Part shown: piece after piece, positions 11,090 through 25,900 of the stretch | Position numbering within the stretch: position 1 is the stretch's first letter | How the letters are laid out: each line of letters begins with the position of its first letter | Assembly: GCA_040954595.2 (NCBI GenBank) | Contig: CM082597.2 | Coordinates: forward strand, 1,098,886 to 1,162,885 | Reading direction: 5' to 3' | Length of the DNA stretch: 64,000 bases | From: Balanoglossus misakiensis | Lineage: Eukaryota; Animalia; Hemichordata | The notes under the pieces: generated by a model | Database searches by the model: none | What the model was told of the DNA's origin: nothing | What the model saw: only the letters and a program-made list of their open reading frames with translations | Translations under genes and position numbers: made by a program

Positions 11090-14000
11090 CGTCTACAAAC
11101 AGCAGTGCAGACAAACGTTGCCAACTATTTTGTGACTTATTCCATCTGTTTTCACCACGTCAAGAAATTCACTTTTTCAGACTTGTCAGGAGCACTGACA
11201 CGTTGACTCAAAGTCAAAGAGAGTTGACAAACAGACACGCGATACGATAATTTGGTGTATGGATCGCCAACTCTAAATTCTTTCAGGCACTGACAACTTC
11301 TTTAAACACCAGAATGACTTTTCTAAAGAATCGGCTGGTTTACTTTACTTTAACATAACAAAAGCCGAATCGCTCTATGGCTTATAGCGGAATATCACTA
11401 CGCGGTTAGCTGACCTTTCACACCATTGACCTTTCTCAGACACATGAATATTAATGACATGAATTATTACCATATGCAAATCACAATGGCTCGCTTTCCT
11501 GCTCGACGGCTCTTTTTTTCCCCTTTCGTTTTTATGAGGGCGCACGTCATGAGATGTGTCTCCACCCAAGTTTCGACCACACACGACTCGGAACGGTATA
11601 AAAGGGACGTTGGTAATTTGCATACCTAGGTGATACTTATATAACAGTGACGATTAAATATGCGTTAATTTGGAGACCCTCCATTCATTATTGAATGTAA
11701 AAATCTTCATTTTTGTTTGCCGATGAATGAAGATGCCCTGAATGGTCGCTATGAGTTGCAGAATTTTGTGTTCAGCCAATTTGGTCCAATCGTTGCGATG
11801 GCTCGATTTTTATTCAGGTTCCACGTGATATATCCACCGAGAAACGCCTTCTCTCGTATTCTGTTTTCATGTATCTTATATTTTCTATTCAAGTGGTGTT
11901 TACATTGTTGTGAAAGTGATACTGTTAAGAAAGCCAATACCCATGGAGGTATTTGGAAAATATGAAATGTATTTTGAAAAAAAAATCAAAATAAAATAAT
12001 ATTTTGTTTAAAATAATATTGTGTATTTTCTCGTGTCTGCAAATACGTACCCATATACAGCATATTCTAAATACAATAAACCTCATGGTGGGGTCAGGCA
12101 ATTCAATGTCCTTTCAAACATCAAGTGTTTCAACGTCAGTTTTTGAACTTCATGGCGTATAGATATTTCAACGATGCAGCCAAAATGTCTGCAAAGCTTT
12201 CCACAACAGTCTCCACGCCATGGAGTGTGTAAAGATCAGAAAAATCTAGAAACAAACAAATGAAATCAAGCGAAAACATCAAAGGGGTTGAAAACCGGAA
12301 ATTGCCACGAGGTATGTCGATGAAGGTTATATTTAAATGACATGAGACGAGGTAAGTCTCCATATGGTCACAAATAAATCGAATTTTACACAAAAAATTA
12401 CGGTGGAAGTAAATTGAAAATATTGTAATTTTCTTGATTCTCGCGTTCCCGTAAGGTCAAAGAATTTAATCAAACAATATATATCCAGCGATAAAAAAGG
12501 CAAGGAATTTTGATCGTAGAATCTCACCCAGAAAGGCTTTCACGCAAGCAAGGAAAAAAGGTGCGAGACAAATTTCTCGTGCAAAGAACCATTCAAAAAC
12601 CTAATTTGAAAACTTTAAGATAGAAACGTGTAACGGAAAGAAATAAGAATAGAAGTCCACTTGGCTCGGCATGGAACTTGCTATCCTTTTCAAGAGTTGT
12701 AATAACCTAACCAACGCGTCAATGCAAGACCCCAAAACACAGACTCCAGCATTTCAAAGGCCGACACGTATCAATGTCCAGCCAAACAGTTCTCTCAACA
12801 ATAGTCTTTTTATCGGGCTTTACCGCTACGGGGATTTGCTGACATGAACATATATACAGATCTTATATACTTTTTTGAAGATTCTTTGTGTCGTTTTGTT
12901 GTATGGTTTTGGCGAAATTTTGTTCGGACGGGGCGGCTGCATTTGATCACCGTTGTCCATTCAGCCATGAAACTTTCTATGTCGAAAGCCCCTCACGCAT
13001 TGCTGTCAGTTTACCGTTAGTTTTGTGACGTGCAGAAAATAACAGCTCCCTCTAGGCATACGAAACTCCTGTTCCCCCTTGAAATATTAACAGAAAAAAA
13101 TATCAATTTTATCACTAAAATTTCCCCATCCCCGGATGATTCAAAGTGATTTTCATCTGCCACATTTCCAATCATCAGGACATTTATTAAGGTCAACATG
13201 ACTTTACAACAGCATGTATGATTGAGTATAGGAAGTATTTGCACAGACAAGATAAGAGTGTCGTTTCGTGATGCAAACGGAACGTGGGCACCAGACAATT
13301 GAAGGAAGTATAAGAAATGGTCTCTCGTGACCTGTGATATGCCATCAGCCATGCTTTTGGCGGTCCATTGTTGACTGCAGTCCAGTCGGTCAAATGTCGC
13401 TTTGTCACTTCCAACAGATGTCGAGTATGCCGCCGATCCCGCGACCTCGAAACGTCCACCAGATTAAAAAGCGTTCTTACCTCTACCATGGTGAGCTCAC
13501 TAACTTATAAGAACAGTAAAAACCGCTGCTTAGAGCTAATAAACTTAAAATCAACAGAACGCTTCAGAGAATGTAAGACAAGTCAACGGGAAAGAAAACA
13601 GGGGCTCTCATTGTCGCTAAGCTCTGTCCAGATTGAGTTACACTTGCTAGACGGCTCGGGGTATTATTCCTGGGAGTGTGTGAGTTTCCAATAAGAACTA
13701 TTTTGTGTTTGCACTTGAGAAAGGACGGAGACACACTTCAACTGGGACAGTTTAATCTCACCTTTTGTTATTTTCTGTTTACACGAGAACACGGGAAAAC
13801 ACACTGCTTCTCTTGTCCCCGTAATGGAAAACCCGGACACCGCCAATAATCTCCACGTCGATCGAACTATGGACACACAGATCCAGCCAAATATCACAAA
13901 CATCATGGTTTGTGTGAAATGTCAATTAGTTTTGACTTTTCATGAAAGCATATTACGCCCTGTTGCTTCATATTTTGCAGCTGCCAGTGAAACGATACAG

Positions 14001-17000
14001 TTAAACACATATTCCAAAATCTTGTTTCAACAGTCGCGATTGTAAAGTGGTGCCCTTTACTCCAGTGACAGTTATACAGGGAACCATCCTCGCATTCTGG
14101 AGTGACAACCGTTCCTTGGGGTGCTTTGGCGCAATAATAAACCAAACGAAATTATTTGTTTTTAATTATCATTAAAATGGTGTTAAACTTGGATATAGAA
14201 ACTAGTGTAAATTTGAAGGGGTGGCTCTTTCCTGTACAAACAACGACAAACAAAGACACCTGGCGGCAAATCTTAGGAATGTGACCTGCGGCAACACCAG
14301 GTGCACGGATGCTGTGGTGACCAACCGGATTCCAGACTTTCAGGGAAGTGGTGTGGTTGGTTGTCGCAGTACAGGTGGTCTTCGTGTGGTGTCTCTATGT
14401 TTACATTCTATTTTTATTGCGTCGTTCAAGTTTAATCGGGGAGAGTTTTTTTCTGGGGGTTTCTTATTTTTATAAACGCTTTCACCACTTGGCTGAATCG
14501 GAGGGCAGATAAAAAAGCTGCTTATACAAGCTAGACATCTGTTTGACCCAAACTACAAATGCAAAGTCGTACAGCTAAGTTTGGAAAGAAAGAATTGTGA
14601 AAACAGCTTTTTGTAATGTCACAAGAGAAGTTCTCGGGAGATTAACGGATTAGCGTTCACTTCTGATACAAACTGCTTCTGGCAACTGAGTAGACGCTAA
14701 TTCATACGCCCTTCCCATCATGCAAACTTCTGACCGTTTAAAAGTGATAGGGTACTATGCTTAAGATGACTTGACTGTCAATTTCTGCTTCACAGCTATA
14801 CAATTCGACCGACCACTGCATAGTCACTCTATCACCATCAGTGATCTAATATCATTCATATGTATAACGGGGGAAAGGTGTTCGTTTTTTTCATCATGTA
14901 TACTGATTGAACGTGCCCAAACAAAGCAACCACTCCACATACTTGCTTGTACTGTTATATAATTTGCTTAGCCCATTCAAGCATAGACAGTGGTCCATCT
15001 ATTGTCCACGATTCAACGCAAGAGCTATTTTCGCACGAATAGTTCTACAGGAACCCTAACCGCCGATACGATTGTTAGGTTACTGGTATGACAGATTCCA
15101 ATTATTCTTTTGCCATGTCTAAGAGATTAGTCACGTTGTTTGTGTCGGAAGACGGGAAATATGCATTCCAAATTCAACATATTATATGGAATACTATGCG
15201 TTGTGGTTCTGAACTTCTATAACACTATTGAAACTTTTTAGAATAATTGCACGTGGACATATAAGTGTAAAAAATCTCAGCAAAGTACACATACCACGCA
15301 CCTGAATTTTGGAAACTTACGGTGTGTCTACTGTAATTGACACCATCCAAAATATTTCTGGCGCCTTCACCCTAAAATGATATCCAGTTAATTACACCAG
15401 GATTCATTCTGTTTGCAAATATTTTTTTCCAAGACTACATATCACCAATGTTAATAAGATTAAGCATATCCTATCTTAGAGTGGAATCGTCTATCCGACA
15501 CTTAGTAAACTATAGGGATACTATACTATGGAAGAAACTGGAGGGGTTGCCGGGTATCCATCAAAGAAGGGTTTACTTGTTGCCAGGCATGCGTGCCAAA
15601 GCTTCTTATGATGGCTTAGGTCTCGTCACTGATAAGATCGTTTCATGTAAAGGTCTGTGTTTAGTAATCCAGAGGTCTGTAACTTTACCACCATACCTGT
15701 CAACACCGTGTCTGGAGACCTGACCCTGTCCAGTTCGGTCATCCACGTACAGCCTCGTCAGGGCCTGACCAAAGTCTTGTGATGGGGAGGGGGGGGGGTC
15801 CAAAACAGTCGTTATCGCGCTGCTGTTACCACGAATTCCCGTGCATCAACTATAAGTAAATAGAAACATTATAAAATAATTTAAATAATGAGACGGACCG
15901 ATATAATTATTATTCACTTAAAAACCTAAGTCACAGAATTTCAGTTTTCAAATTTTACATCTGAGTACCACTACATGAAAACATATGCATGCACAGATCA
16001 TTAGAAGTGTGTGTCGGTACATGGCAACATAGTCAGCGTAAGAACAAATCGATTATTGGGTAATTGTGAGTCACAGCCTCCTGTTTGGACTAAATCCGCC
16101 AATCAGAACAAGGCACGCATTGCTAGAATTCCAATCGCTCAGTACCTGTGACAGAAGCACGTGAAAAAAACAGAGAATGTCTCCAGTTGCGTAAACATCC
16201 CAGGTAAAGGCGATGGGAGCTTTCGCCAAGAATTTTAAAACCGCTGGCTTCTGACCCGCGAAAAAAGACCACGGATAAAGGCCGGGCATGAAGATTAGGG
16301 TAGAATTACTGCTGGGCATGAAAAACGCCCTCGAAAAGAAAAGGGTGCAAATCAGCGGCGAGTGAAACTTAAAAGGGTCTTTTCTGAGAACAACATAAAC
16401 TACACTTAGTATTTTCAAGGATCATTTAGTGTAGTTTACCCTTAAGACAAAGACATGATAACTGTTTCAGCGATATTTTTTATGAAAAGGTGCAACGAAA
16501 CTTGACCCTATTAAACCCCAAATATCAAGTGTCCGTCGTTGCTGGCTAAAATGCGGGTTTGCTTTGAAGAAGGTCGGAAAGGCTATGGTGGTCTTAGAAT
16601 CGAGATGGAGGCCGCTTGCGGGGTCGCCGCAAACGGTGGATTTCGTTTCACCGACGACATGATTTTGTACTTTGTCGATTCTGGCTGGGAGGCGGCTTAG
16701 GGTCGGGCATCAAAGGAGCTGTCGTACAAAAACAGCGCCATTACACGTGTCACTTGTTTTGTTTGTGGTTGTTCTGTGAGTCTGATGGAATTCACTTGGA
16801 TATTATTAACAGAAAAAGCGAGAGAGGTCAGCCATCGACTCGATGATATTTACTGCTTGGCAATCTTTTTCAACGTGTTCCACTTTGAAATTAAATGCCT
16901 GACCGTCATTATTTTTGGAAATTTTACCAATAAGAGACAGGGGAGGCACATCGTTCATGTAATTCCTGAAGAACTGTTTCGCCGCCCACCTTTTAGTCCG

Positions 17001-18820
17001 ACAGGTTCATAACCTGAAACACTTTCTTCGCGGCGCTTCAAGAAACCCAGTAAGCGAAGGTTTTGGAGTGCTTCTATTTCTGATCACAAAATAATTCCTT
17101 TCTAATGAATAAGCAGGCCACGGTTCACACCCCTTTGACACTTTGTATGGTCTACCGCCATTTCTATCTCTTCGAACTTGGTCAAGCGGAAAAGACTCGC
17201 CCCAACATAGAAACGCTGGGCTGTGATTGTCATTCAAGAGTTCCGCTGACCGAAAATCATTCTTCTCTCTTGAAAACTGTCCAGGTGGAAAACACGCTAT
17301 TCTCACAAAAAGCAAGTTCTATACATTGACTCTGGATTCCATTATGAAAACTGTTTCTATTCGGCTGGACATCCCGTAAAATTATACTCCGCCATTCGAC
17401 TTGTCCCCAGAACTTTCCTACACACAGTACACCTTTGGGGAGATTTACGGGCGCAGTAACAACTCGAAGGACGGGCTTTTGTCCGTTGATCGAGCTAGGT
17501 CGCCACTACTTGTCTCCAGACATGGACTAGTTGTTTCCCACAAAGGCTGCCTAGTCGTAACATAGTTTGTACACTTGTAATAAAAGCCAGGCATATTGTG
17601 AATCCTGCAACATTAATAAATTTAGAGGCGGGTTCTGCCACAGTCTGTAATTTATTGGGTGGGGTGATTGCTCGGGTCACCATGGTCTAAAACTGAAGAA
17701 AGGACGACGTCTATAAGACTATGGATGTGTTGCATGTTAGTCATGATACCCATCTTGTCCGTGGTTCCATGTTAAGAAAAGGAATATCCCACCTATTGGG
17801 GATTCTGAATAATTGTAAATTTAAATTAGTTGACCAAAACATGCATTAATGAGAAAAATGTCTGAGATCCACATTTCAGTACTTCACAAGTTAATGCGAA
17901 CTCTTTTCTTTCATTTAAAATCAAGGTCAGATGTATTTAAAATTCCCAGTGAGAAAGCTTAGAACTGAACGCGATAGATTGAAAGAAACTGGACGGAAGC
18001 TAGCTTTGAAAGGGCTTTAAAACAATTTTATTGTCTTCAATTAACATGCACTCGCAAACTGCGTCCAGTTAACAGTGCATGCCAAATGAGAAAGCTTTAG
18101 TTGTCTTTTGTGTAGACGCCACAGTATCTAAAACTTGCCATAGGACTGACAATTGCAAACCAGTAGACCAAATTCAATTCTGTTGTTTGGAAAATTCGTG
18201 CTGCGTCATCCGAATAAAGTGGACGGAAAATGTGACGCAGTCGAATGAGTGAGGTGGCGTCATGCCTACTCAGCAGATGGTGGAAGATTTGTCCCACCCT
18301 GATCAACCTGTATTACGTGGCCCAATATTATATGCATAGCGTCGGATCGGAGTGGGAATTAAGACAATTAACATTCTATTGTCACCACCAGGTCAAGTGT
18401 ATAGCATGATTGATTTCGTGCATACTTCGCCAGGAGAAAGTTCTTTTTAAGTGGGCTTCAGACAATGAAAGTGCCATGTATCTGTGAAAACATACTCTCC
18501 ATTTTACAAATATGTGCATAGCACTTTCAAATCAAATTCAGGCCTTCGATGTTCATAGTTCACCGGAAAGAAAGAGTTTGGAGGAGGGATTCGTGTAAAG
18601 AATTCGAAAATGATTCGCACATGTCTCTGAAAAACGAATCTCGCGCATCAAATCCATCTACTTCCGTTTCTCTTCCGGTAACCCAGTAACTGTTGCCGTA
18701 AAGAGGTGTGAGAGGTTTAACGACGATGAGCAAACCGCAGAGCGTGCATGATGGAGACCAGTGGCGACCCGCACCATGACAACAAAATGTGAAAAATAAA
18801 TTAAATAAATTATATACAAA

Positions 18821-18891
18821 CTCTTTCACCACCATGGTTTGGTCCAATTTTTTCCTCGCTCTATACAGTGAAATTGGGGTGAAAATGTTAA
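18821..18891. mobile_element. Degenerate, internally shortened copy of the piggyBac-like MITE
   Basis: CTCTTTCACCACCATGGTTTGGTCCAA...GGGGTGAAAATGTTAA matches both ends of 51464-51556. Confidence 0.65.
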
Positions 18892-21800
18892 TACTCATCA
18901 AGTCATCTGGTCAACCTGAATTATTCTCAAATCCACTGCTTTCACCCCTATCGTCCAGTCAATCGGCCCATCCATGCCACTGACAGCAACGGGGCTTCTC
19001 ACCATAATGGCGACAAATGGGGGAATAACAAGATGGGATCCGTGTAATGGAAGACTTAAATTCCAAAGAGCTATTCAAGACTGATTTTCCAAGTTTCAAA
19101 CAAATGTTCATTGTTGCTTTTATGTGGCACCAAGCCCCAACACACACTACAGGACACAACATGCTGTTGATTGACTGCATATACTGGCAATACTAATAGC
19201 ACCTAGTCTAATTACACCACAGACGGCGACTTCAGGGAAATAGAAAACACCTTTCTGTCTCGTCATTAAAATCTAAACAGCAGGGGTCTCACAAACCACT
19301 CCAGACACACAGGTGCGGAACACACCTTAGAAATCAGTAACTTACACCAGTCTTTCTAAATTCTATGGTCTACCAGTCTCATGTGGTGTGTCTCCTGGGT
19401 TTCGTATTAAGAGTCTGGCAATAATTGGGACAATGTCTAAAAATCCATCTATCCACAGGCAGGGCAGCTGCAAGCAGGGAGGGGCAGGAATTCTATCAAC
19501 TTTCCCACTTTCAAACTAAACAAAACCAAATGACAGAACATCATGACTTTTGCTCTTTTGAACTTGAAGTAGATTTCATTACCAAATCAGAGATTGAAAT
19601 GTCAAAGCTCAGAATTTCACTGTATCCATTACAAGTATCCAATTCACCAATTTGATATTTACAATATATAGGTTACAATATCCACAGCAACTGCTTGTGT
19701 TTGAGAAAGAATTCGACATGCAAATTCATTATTGTTTCATTTGCTGAAAAGATGGTTGAAAAATCTGAGTGGGATAATCTGTCTAGGGAATGCAAAACAA
19801 TTGTTTTCTTCCGGTACTGACAGCTGCAGATGTAACATTGAGTTGGTAGCCATGGTGGTTCAATTTGTATAGTTGTTTAGTTGTGTGTGTGTGGGATTTC
19901 ATTCATGGAAATCAGGATAATTAAATTTACTGGTAATATCCCCGCTGGGAATGAGAGTGCGGGAGTGCGACTTCGAGGCAGCCAATCCGTTGAAGGCTGT
20001 ATGGCTGTTGTCATGGTGATAGCAAATAGCCCATTCTCTGGCCAAACTGGCAACAGATGGATGGACACTGGATACAATTCTGGCTTGTCCCCTGTGGAAT
20101 TTGGTGATTAATTAACTGAAATCATTACACACATTCACAATTTGTGGTGAAGTCTTTTCAGAGTTGTTGAAGTGAAGTGAGTAAAAGCCTTGAAATGTTT
20201 CAAGTACTGTATTAAATGTACCCCCTAATTCCCAGCAAAAGGACCAAACTGACTATTGCAAACAAGAGGAAGATTTCAATGTTCACCAATTCTGGGTGTA
20301 CTGTTGTAAAGGACCCATGAAAACAAGTGCTCCAATTTCTGTCACCATAAGACTGGCCAAACTTTTTACACTACCACGAGCAGTTCACTCACCATAACCA
20401 AACAACTTCCAAGATGTCGCCAAATCAAGCATGAACCAGACACCACATTCTCTCATGCAGTACACCCAACAATCCAAGCCGCAACCCAACAATAACATTA
20501 AAACACAGCAACCCACAACCAGAGTTGCTGAGTTTACACTAAGACTCAGTACCCGAGGCAGTGAAGGAAAGGAAATGCATGAGAAAATAACCGGCCTGTA
20601 CACAAATCCGTACAGCCGGCCAGGCAGCATACTTCCCAGACTATCACCATATTAAATACACACCACTGATGCAGCTGAAGAGAAGAGTTTCTAATTCTCA
20701 AAACCCTATTGACTGGAATCACCATTCAAAAAAGTCAGCTTTCTCTTCCATTGTTATGTAAGGCCTGCTTACTCATCTGAACACAATTGCCCCCATCTAA
20801 GCATTGTTTCATCCAGGGCAGACCGCTAATGGAATGAGCCATCCCTCTATTATTTCCGTGTTCCTTTTCACTCCTTTGGCAGAGACAGAAATAGCTTGCC
20901 CCCCCCCCCCCCCCCACTGTTACGGAAGACCCACACTACACTACCTTCGGAGCCAACAGAGCGTCTTAAGGTGCACCAAACAGTGCAACAATAGTGGGTG
21001 CTTTAAGACGCTGAAAATGACCACTGCCACCCACTAATGACCGGCCCTTGTTTATGCTCTACCGCATTCACTGTAAGTGACAACTATGGGATTAATCCAC
21101 AAAGCCCTTAACACCCATCCCTAAGATTCATGCAGTCTGAATTCCAAGTCAAAATTGGTGAATTTCAAAATCAGCCAATTATTACAGAGCAGAAAACCAG
21201 TAGCCAAGTTTATTAAAGTGCCATTTATTTTGTGTTGCCTTGAGTACAGAAATGAACTGATTAACATTTTTTGTCAAAAGATTATCAAATTAACACGAAC
21301 TAGCATACCTTTTCCACACAAGTTGAAAAGGTTTACCATGATAAAAATGAAATTTGGTAAAATCCAAATTTCTTACATGTCAGTCATAGGTCTGTCAATT
21401 ACAAAAAGATTGAAAATACACTACAAGCATTTCCTTGCCCTGAATTTTGAAATTTTTCATTCGTAGCAAGTACCATGTTTTTTTCGTCTGAACTTACATG
21501 TGTTATTTGGGGAAAAATACTGTTACACATGGAGAAAATTGGTTTCCTGATTGAAGTCTTTTAACTTAGAATAGTTCTTGTATAATTTTGACTAATATAA
21601 TACTAAGATAATGATTGATTGATTTTAAAATATTTTTTTCAGACTGGAAGATAAATTTTTTGCGACAAGTGTTTATAGTTATTGTTTCCTTGTGATTGTA
21701 AATCTGTCAATTTGTTGGAATTTATCATTGAAACTAAAACTAAAGTTGGGAAATTTAGAATATCTGGACCACTTAAAGAGTGAATGGGTAAAGTGTGAGT

Positions 21801-22509
21801 GCAATTCAAACTGAAAGCTGATTGAAAATTTGACCCAAAGGTAACAATACAAACATCAAAATTTTTGAGGATTTAAAAACTCATGATTGAATGTAAAACG
21901 GTGCAAGGTAGCACTGATAATGTAGTGCTTTTGTCAGTATGGCAAATCATTGTGTCTAATAAGGTGTTTAATTCAAAATAATAAATATGACAATTGGCAA
22001 TGTCCTTTTTGAGAGTAAATAAACACATTTTTGATGAGAAAACAAAACAATACCAGAAACATTCCCAGGAAGACTTATTATTCTCACCATGTAAAAATCA
22101 CCCCCCTCCCAATATGAATGTATCTGGTGATAAAAAAAAACAAATCCTCACTTTCTTTCACCTGGCAAAACTCATTGCACTCAGGGTATAACCACGGTAT
22201 ACCTATCCTACAACTCTAAATACTGACTATTTCCCATACCCCCAAATTTTACAAAACTTATGTACACTTTGCTGATGTTTTCAAAATATGATCACATCTT
22301 GCACCAAATCGACTACACCGCTAGTCTTCTACACAGAATACCATTTCCCCTCAACCGCCCGAAAAAGAACAGAACAATATTTACAAACACCGAGCTTTAT
22401 ACCATTTTAAAAATATTTTCCTTACAAGATTGCCTGAAAAGTTTGCAAAATCTATAAACTATTGTTTTACAAAAGTATATACAAATATCTCTGTAAAGAA
22501 TCTGATCTG

Positions 22510-22928
22510 CTAAAGTAAATGATGAAGAATAACGGAAACTGTTAGTAAAAGTGTGAAAAATGTGTTGCTATAAACTGTTTCTTGTCCATTTCCGACAAGT
22601 TTTTCAACAATGTTCACAGTAACTTCATCTGTGAGATGACTGTTTGTCTGGGCAGCTGGTGTATCACACGTACATTTTATGATACTTTCATTGTCCATTG
22701 CTGTTGGATAATATGTCAGATAACTCGTTGTTGTTATCGTCCCTTCGCCATTTTCTCGAGTCGAGTTACTGATATGTTCCGTGATTTCCTTGTTGCCGAT
22801 GTACCATTTGAGGACGGCTGCCGGTTTGCTGTTGTATGCCCGGCACTCTAGTGAGATTTTCCCGGAAGAGTTCAGTCCAATGGCTTCCCGGTTGTCGTAT
22901 CCAATGATATCCACGTGTGTTGGAGGTT
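22510..22928 (-). CDS. Ig gene B exon 3: C2-type (CD80/nephrin-like) Ig domain + hydrophobic C-terminal tail (probable GPI signal) + stop
   Basis: Acceptor TTTTTTCGCAG, phase 1; PPTHVDIIGY..LECRAYNSKPAAVLKWY..TTTSYLTY.P...DN...IKC..VTVNIV..TFFTLLLTVSVILHHLL*. Confidence 0.9.
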
Positions 22929-25900
22929 CTGCGAAAAAATGGGAATAATACAAACTATTAATGTACAATTGTGAAGAATAAACATCCTCACTCAAGCCTC
23001 ATGCTGAGATAGTCCCATCAATTTATAAACTATAAATACTAGGCCAGTTTACCAAACACAGTCTCCCAAGGGACTAACTACATGTATACTACACAAGGTT
23101 AACCTTCTGATTGACAAAGCTATCCAATCGGACAACAAATAACAGTACGCCCATTAAATACACGATATTTATCAATCTCTGTCTAGAGGTCAGTCAGTGT
23201 ACCATGCTATGGTATGTGCTGAGTCTTTTCCCTAGCTGTCAGCCATGTTTGTTTTTACAGTAGCACACAGTTAATTGAGCATCAACTCCAGTAAGAAAAC
23301 AAAAGGTTCAATCAATCAATCACAGGGTGGGCTTAGTCGGATTAGATAACAGTTTATGCAAGATTCCCATCTTATCAGCATAGATGTGGGGTTGGCCCCA
23401 TTTCCCAGTTCAAACAAATAAACCATGCTGAGACTGTGAAAACACAACCACTCAGCACCAGACCACATGATGTCACATTTGCGGCATACTCCAATATGGC
23501 TGCAAGACTTAAAGCCAAATCATTTGAAAAGATGTTTACATTTTGTCTACAGTACTCTTTGCTAATCTTGGGAATTTTTAGAATGTTATATAACTGGGAA
23601 ACTTCCATTGTCATAGTTTTGATAGGAATGATTTTGCATGAAAATGTCAGATAAATGAGTGACAGATTTGTTGTATTGTAGATAAGATTTCACCACTGCT
23701 GTTCAAGGCATGAATACTGTTTTTGAGTATTTATCAATTATTTCAGTTAAGTTAATCAGATAGCAGCTAGAGAATATAATCAAATGACATAACAGGAAGT
23801 ACAGCTGAGTGGGAACACAAACAGTGAGGGCAGATTCTACAAATCCCATCCCACAATATTGACATCAAAGAATTTAATCAGATAACATGCTCAAATAAAC
23901 AATGAAGAACAGCTAGGTCATCTTTATTAGTGAATCATATTAAGGTGTCTAACCCCTGAGAACAGGGCAACTAATCATTAACTGTATTGATTAAAACATT
24001 TTAATCAAATGAGTAATCTGTCACAGTGCATGTTACTATCAATTTTTCTGAGGTGGGGCCGCTTGTACCATCTGGACAGCATGGTTGTATTTACACTACA
24101 TACTGACTTCATTTTGTCTCAGTCTCATAGTGTTGACTTGTATGTCTATCAGCAGCTTCTGGAAAACATTTTGTAGTGTGAGTTCTATTAGTTCTAATAC
24201 TTAGTTCACAAGGAATGACACTAGTCAGTGGTGACATCGCACTCTTAACTTCTTAATCCACTCCCATTGAAACCAGTCGAAACAGATCAATACAGTTATC
24301 TCAAATTTTCATTGTCATTCAAATCTATCTTTTGTGAGGCACATTCCATTGGTGATTTGGTAAGGTGATAACCCCAATTGATTTTATCGAATTCTTGGTC
24401 TGAAGTCTGTGTTTGCATGATTTTGGTAAATTCTATCCATGTACAAGCTGCATATTATAAATGTACTTATCCTGCTCAGATGGTGTTTCCAAAAATACTG
24501 TCATATCAGGCTGAAAATATTCTTGCAAAACATTTCTTAGGACCAAGACAGCTAAAAATTTCAGATTCAATCTACATTTAAGTCAGGGTAAAGGTCATTT
24601 CCACGCTGACATGGAAGTCATGAGGTTAGAGTTCACTTTACCGATACATGTACATTAAGGTAGTCTATCAGATGGAGCCACTGTATATTTACATGTTTAC
24701 TACTTAAGAGGTGAAAACAAACATAGTAGCTTCTAATATTTTGGTGTAACTATAGAAACAATGGAAAGCTGCATGATATGGTCAAATCTTAACTGACAGG
24801 ACCCTATTCCTTTCTTGAATTAATACAATCTGATAAAATCTAATATTGTGAGATTTATCTTTACTTGGATCATTCGAGGAATGCAGTGAACAATTAGCTA
24901 AGCCTAACCCCAGGAGTTGATTCTGTTGTGGTCACACACGCCATTCCCAGCTTTGTCCGTAAACATTAGCAACAACATAGGGACCCCCATCATCCACACA
25001 GAACCACTAGTACACAATACACTGGTGTAGTATTCCCACTGGTTTTCCATTGGTCAACTATGCCAAAAGCCACATGGGGTTAAAAGGTTAACGAGGCTTG
25101 TAAAATTTCCAACTGGTTCCACAAAATACCTCTTTAACATTTCCTCTTTCATGTTCTTCAATCAAGCAAATGGTTTTTAATCCCCCAGCTCTTGTCCCCT
25201 TGCCCATAAACATAATGGCCGACGCTCAAAATATACTGTTTGGTTTTCTTAACCCGTCCATCAAAATAACATAAAAATCTACACTGTTCAGAGTGCAATT
25301 TGCTTGTAAAGTACTAACAGTACATGAACATTCAAACAGTAACAAATGATCATAAAATCTTGCAGATTTGACCTCAGTAGAGCCAAAACACCTTGTCTTT
25401 ACAGATATTTCTATGCTTGTCAAATGCAAATGGCTACCAGCAGTATAAAAGAAGGTGTTTCCATTAACAGTGGGTTGAACAATTTTGATTTCAGGATAAG
25501 GAATGAACACTGCCGCACATTCTCAGGTTTTGCTTGTCTTGGGGTTAAATTTCAGCTGAACAATCAAAGATACCTGGGGTGGGATTTAGTCTTTTGAACT
25601 GACATTAAGACTTCACATTCAAGGTCGCGAGCAAAGTACAGCCTGAAGTCTTCCCTCAGAAGCTAGACAGGAACACAGGCCATCTGCAGGACCACCTGTA
25701 TCAAAGTGTTTCTTCAGCAGACTTGAAAAGTTCACATTTTAACGGCCATGCTCTGAGAAACCATTTGGGTAGAAGCTAAGTCCCAAATACTGCATGTGTG
25801 CAATTTCATGGACTTCTGTTACATAAAATCCCACCCCCACCCCCAGTGCACTAACTTAGAGGCTATTGAAAGACATTACACATAAATACAGAGCGTCTGT

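Noticed and set aside
14100-14145. Minus-strand peptide VYYCAKAPQGTVVT resembling an antibody V-J junction
   Set aside because: No upstream V framework, no W/F-G-x-G motif, no usable splice sites or RSS; most likely chance.
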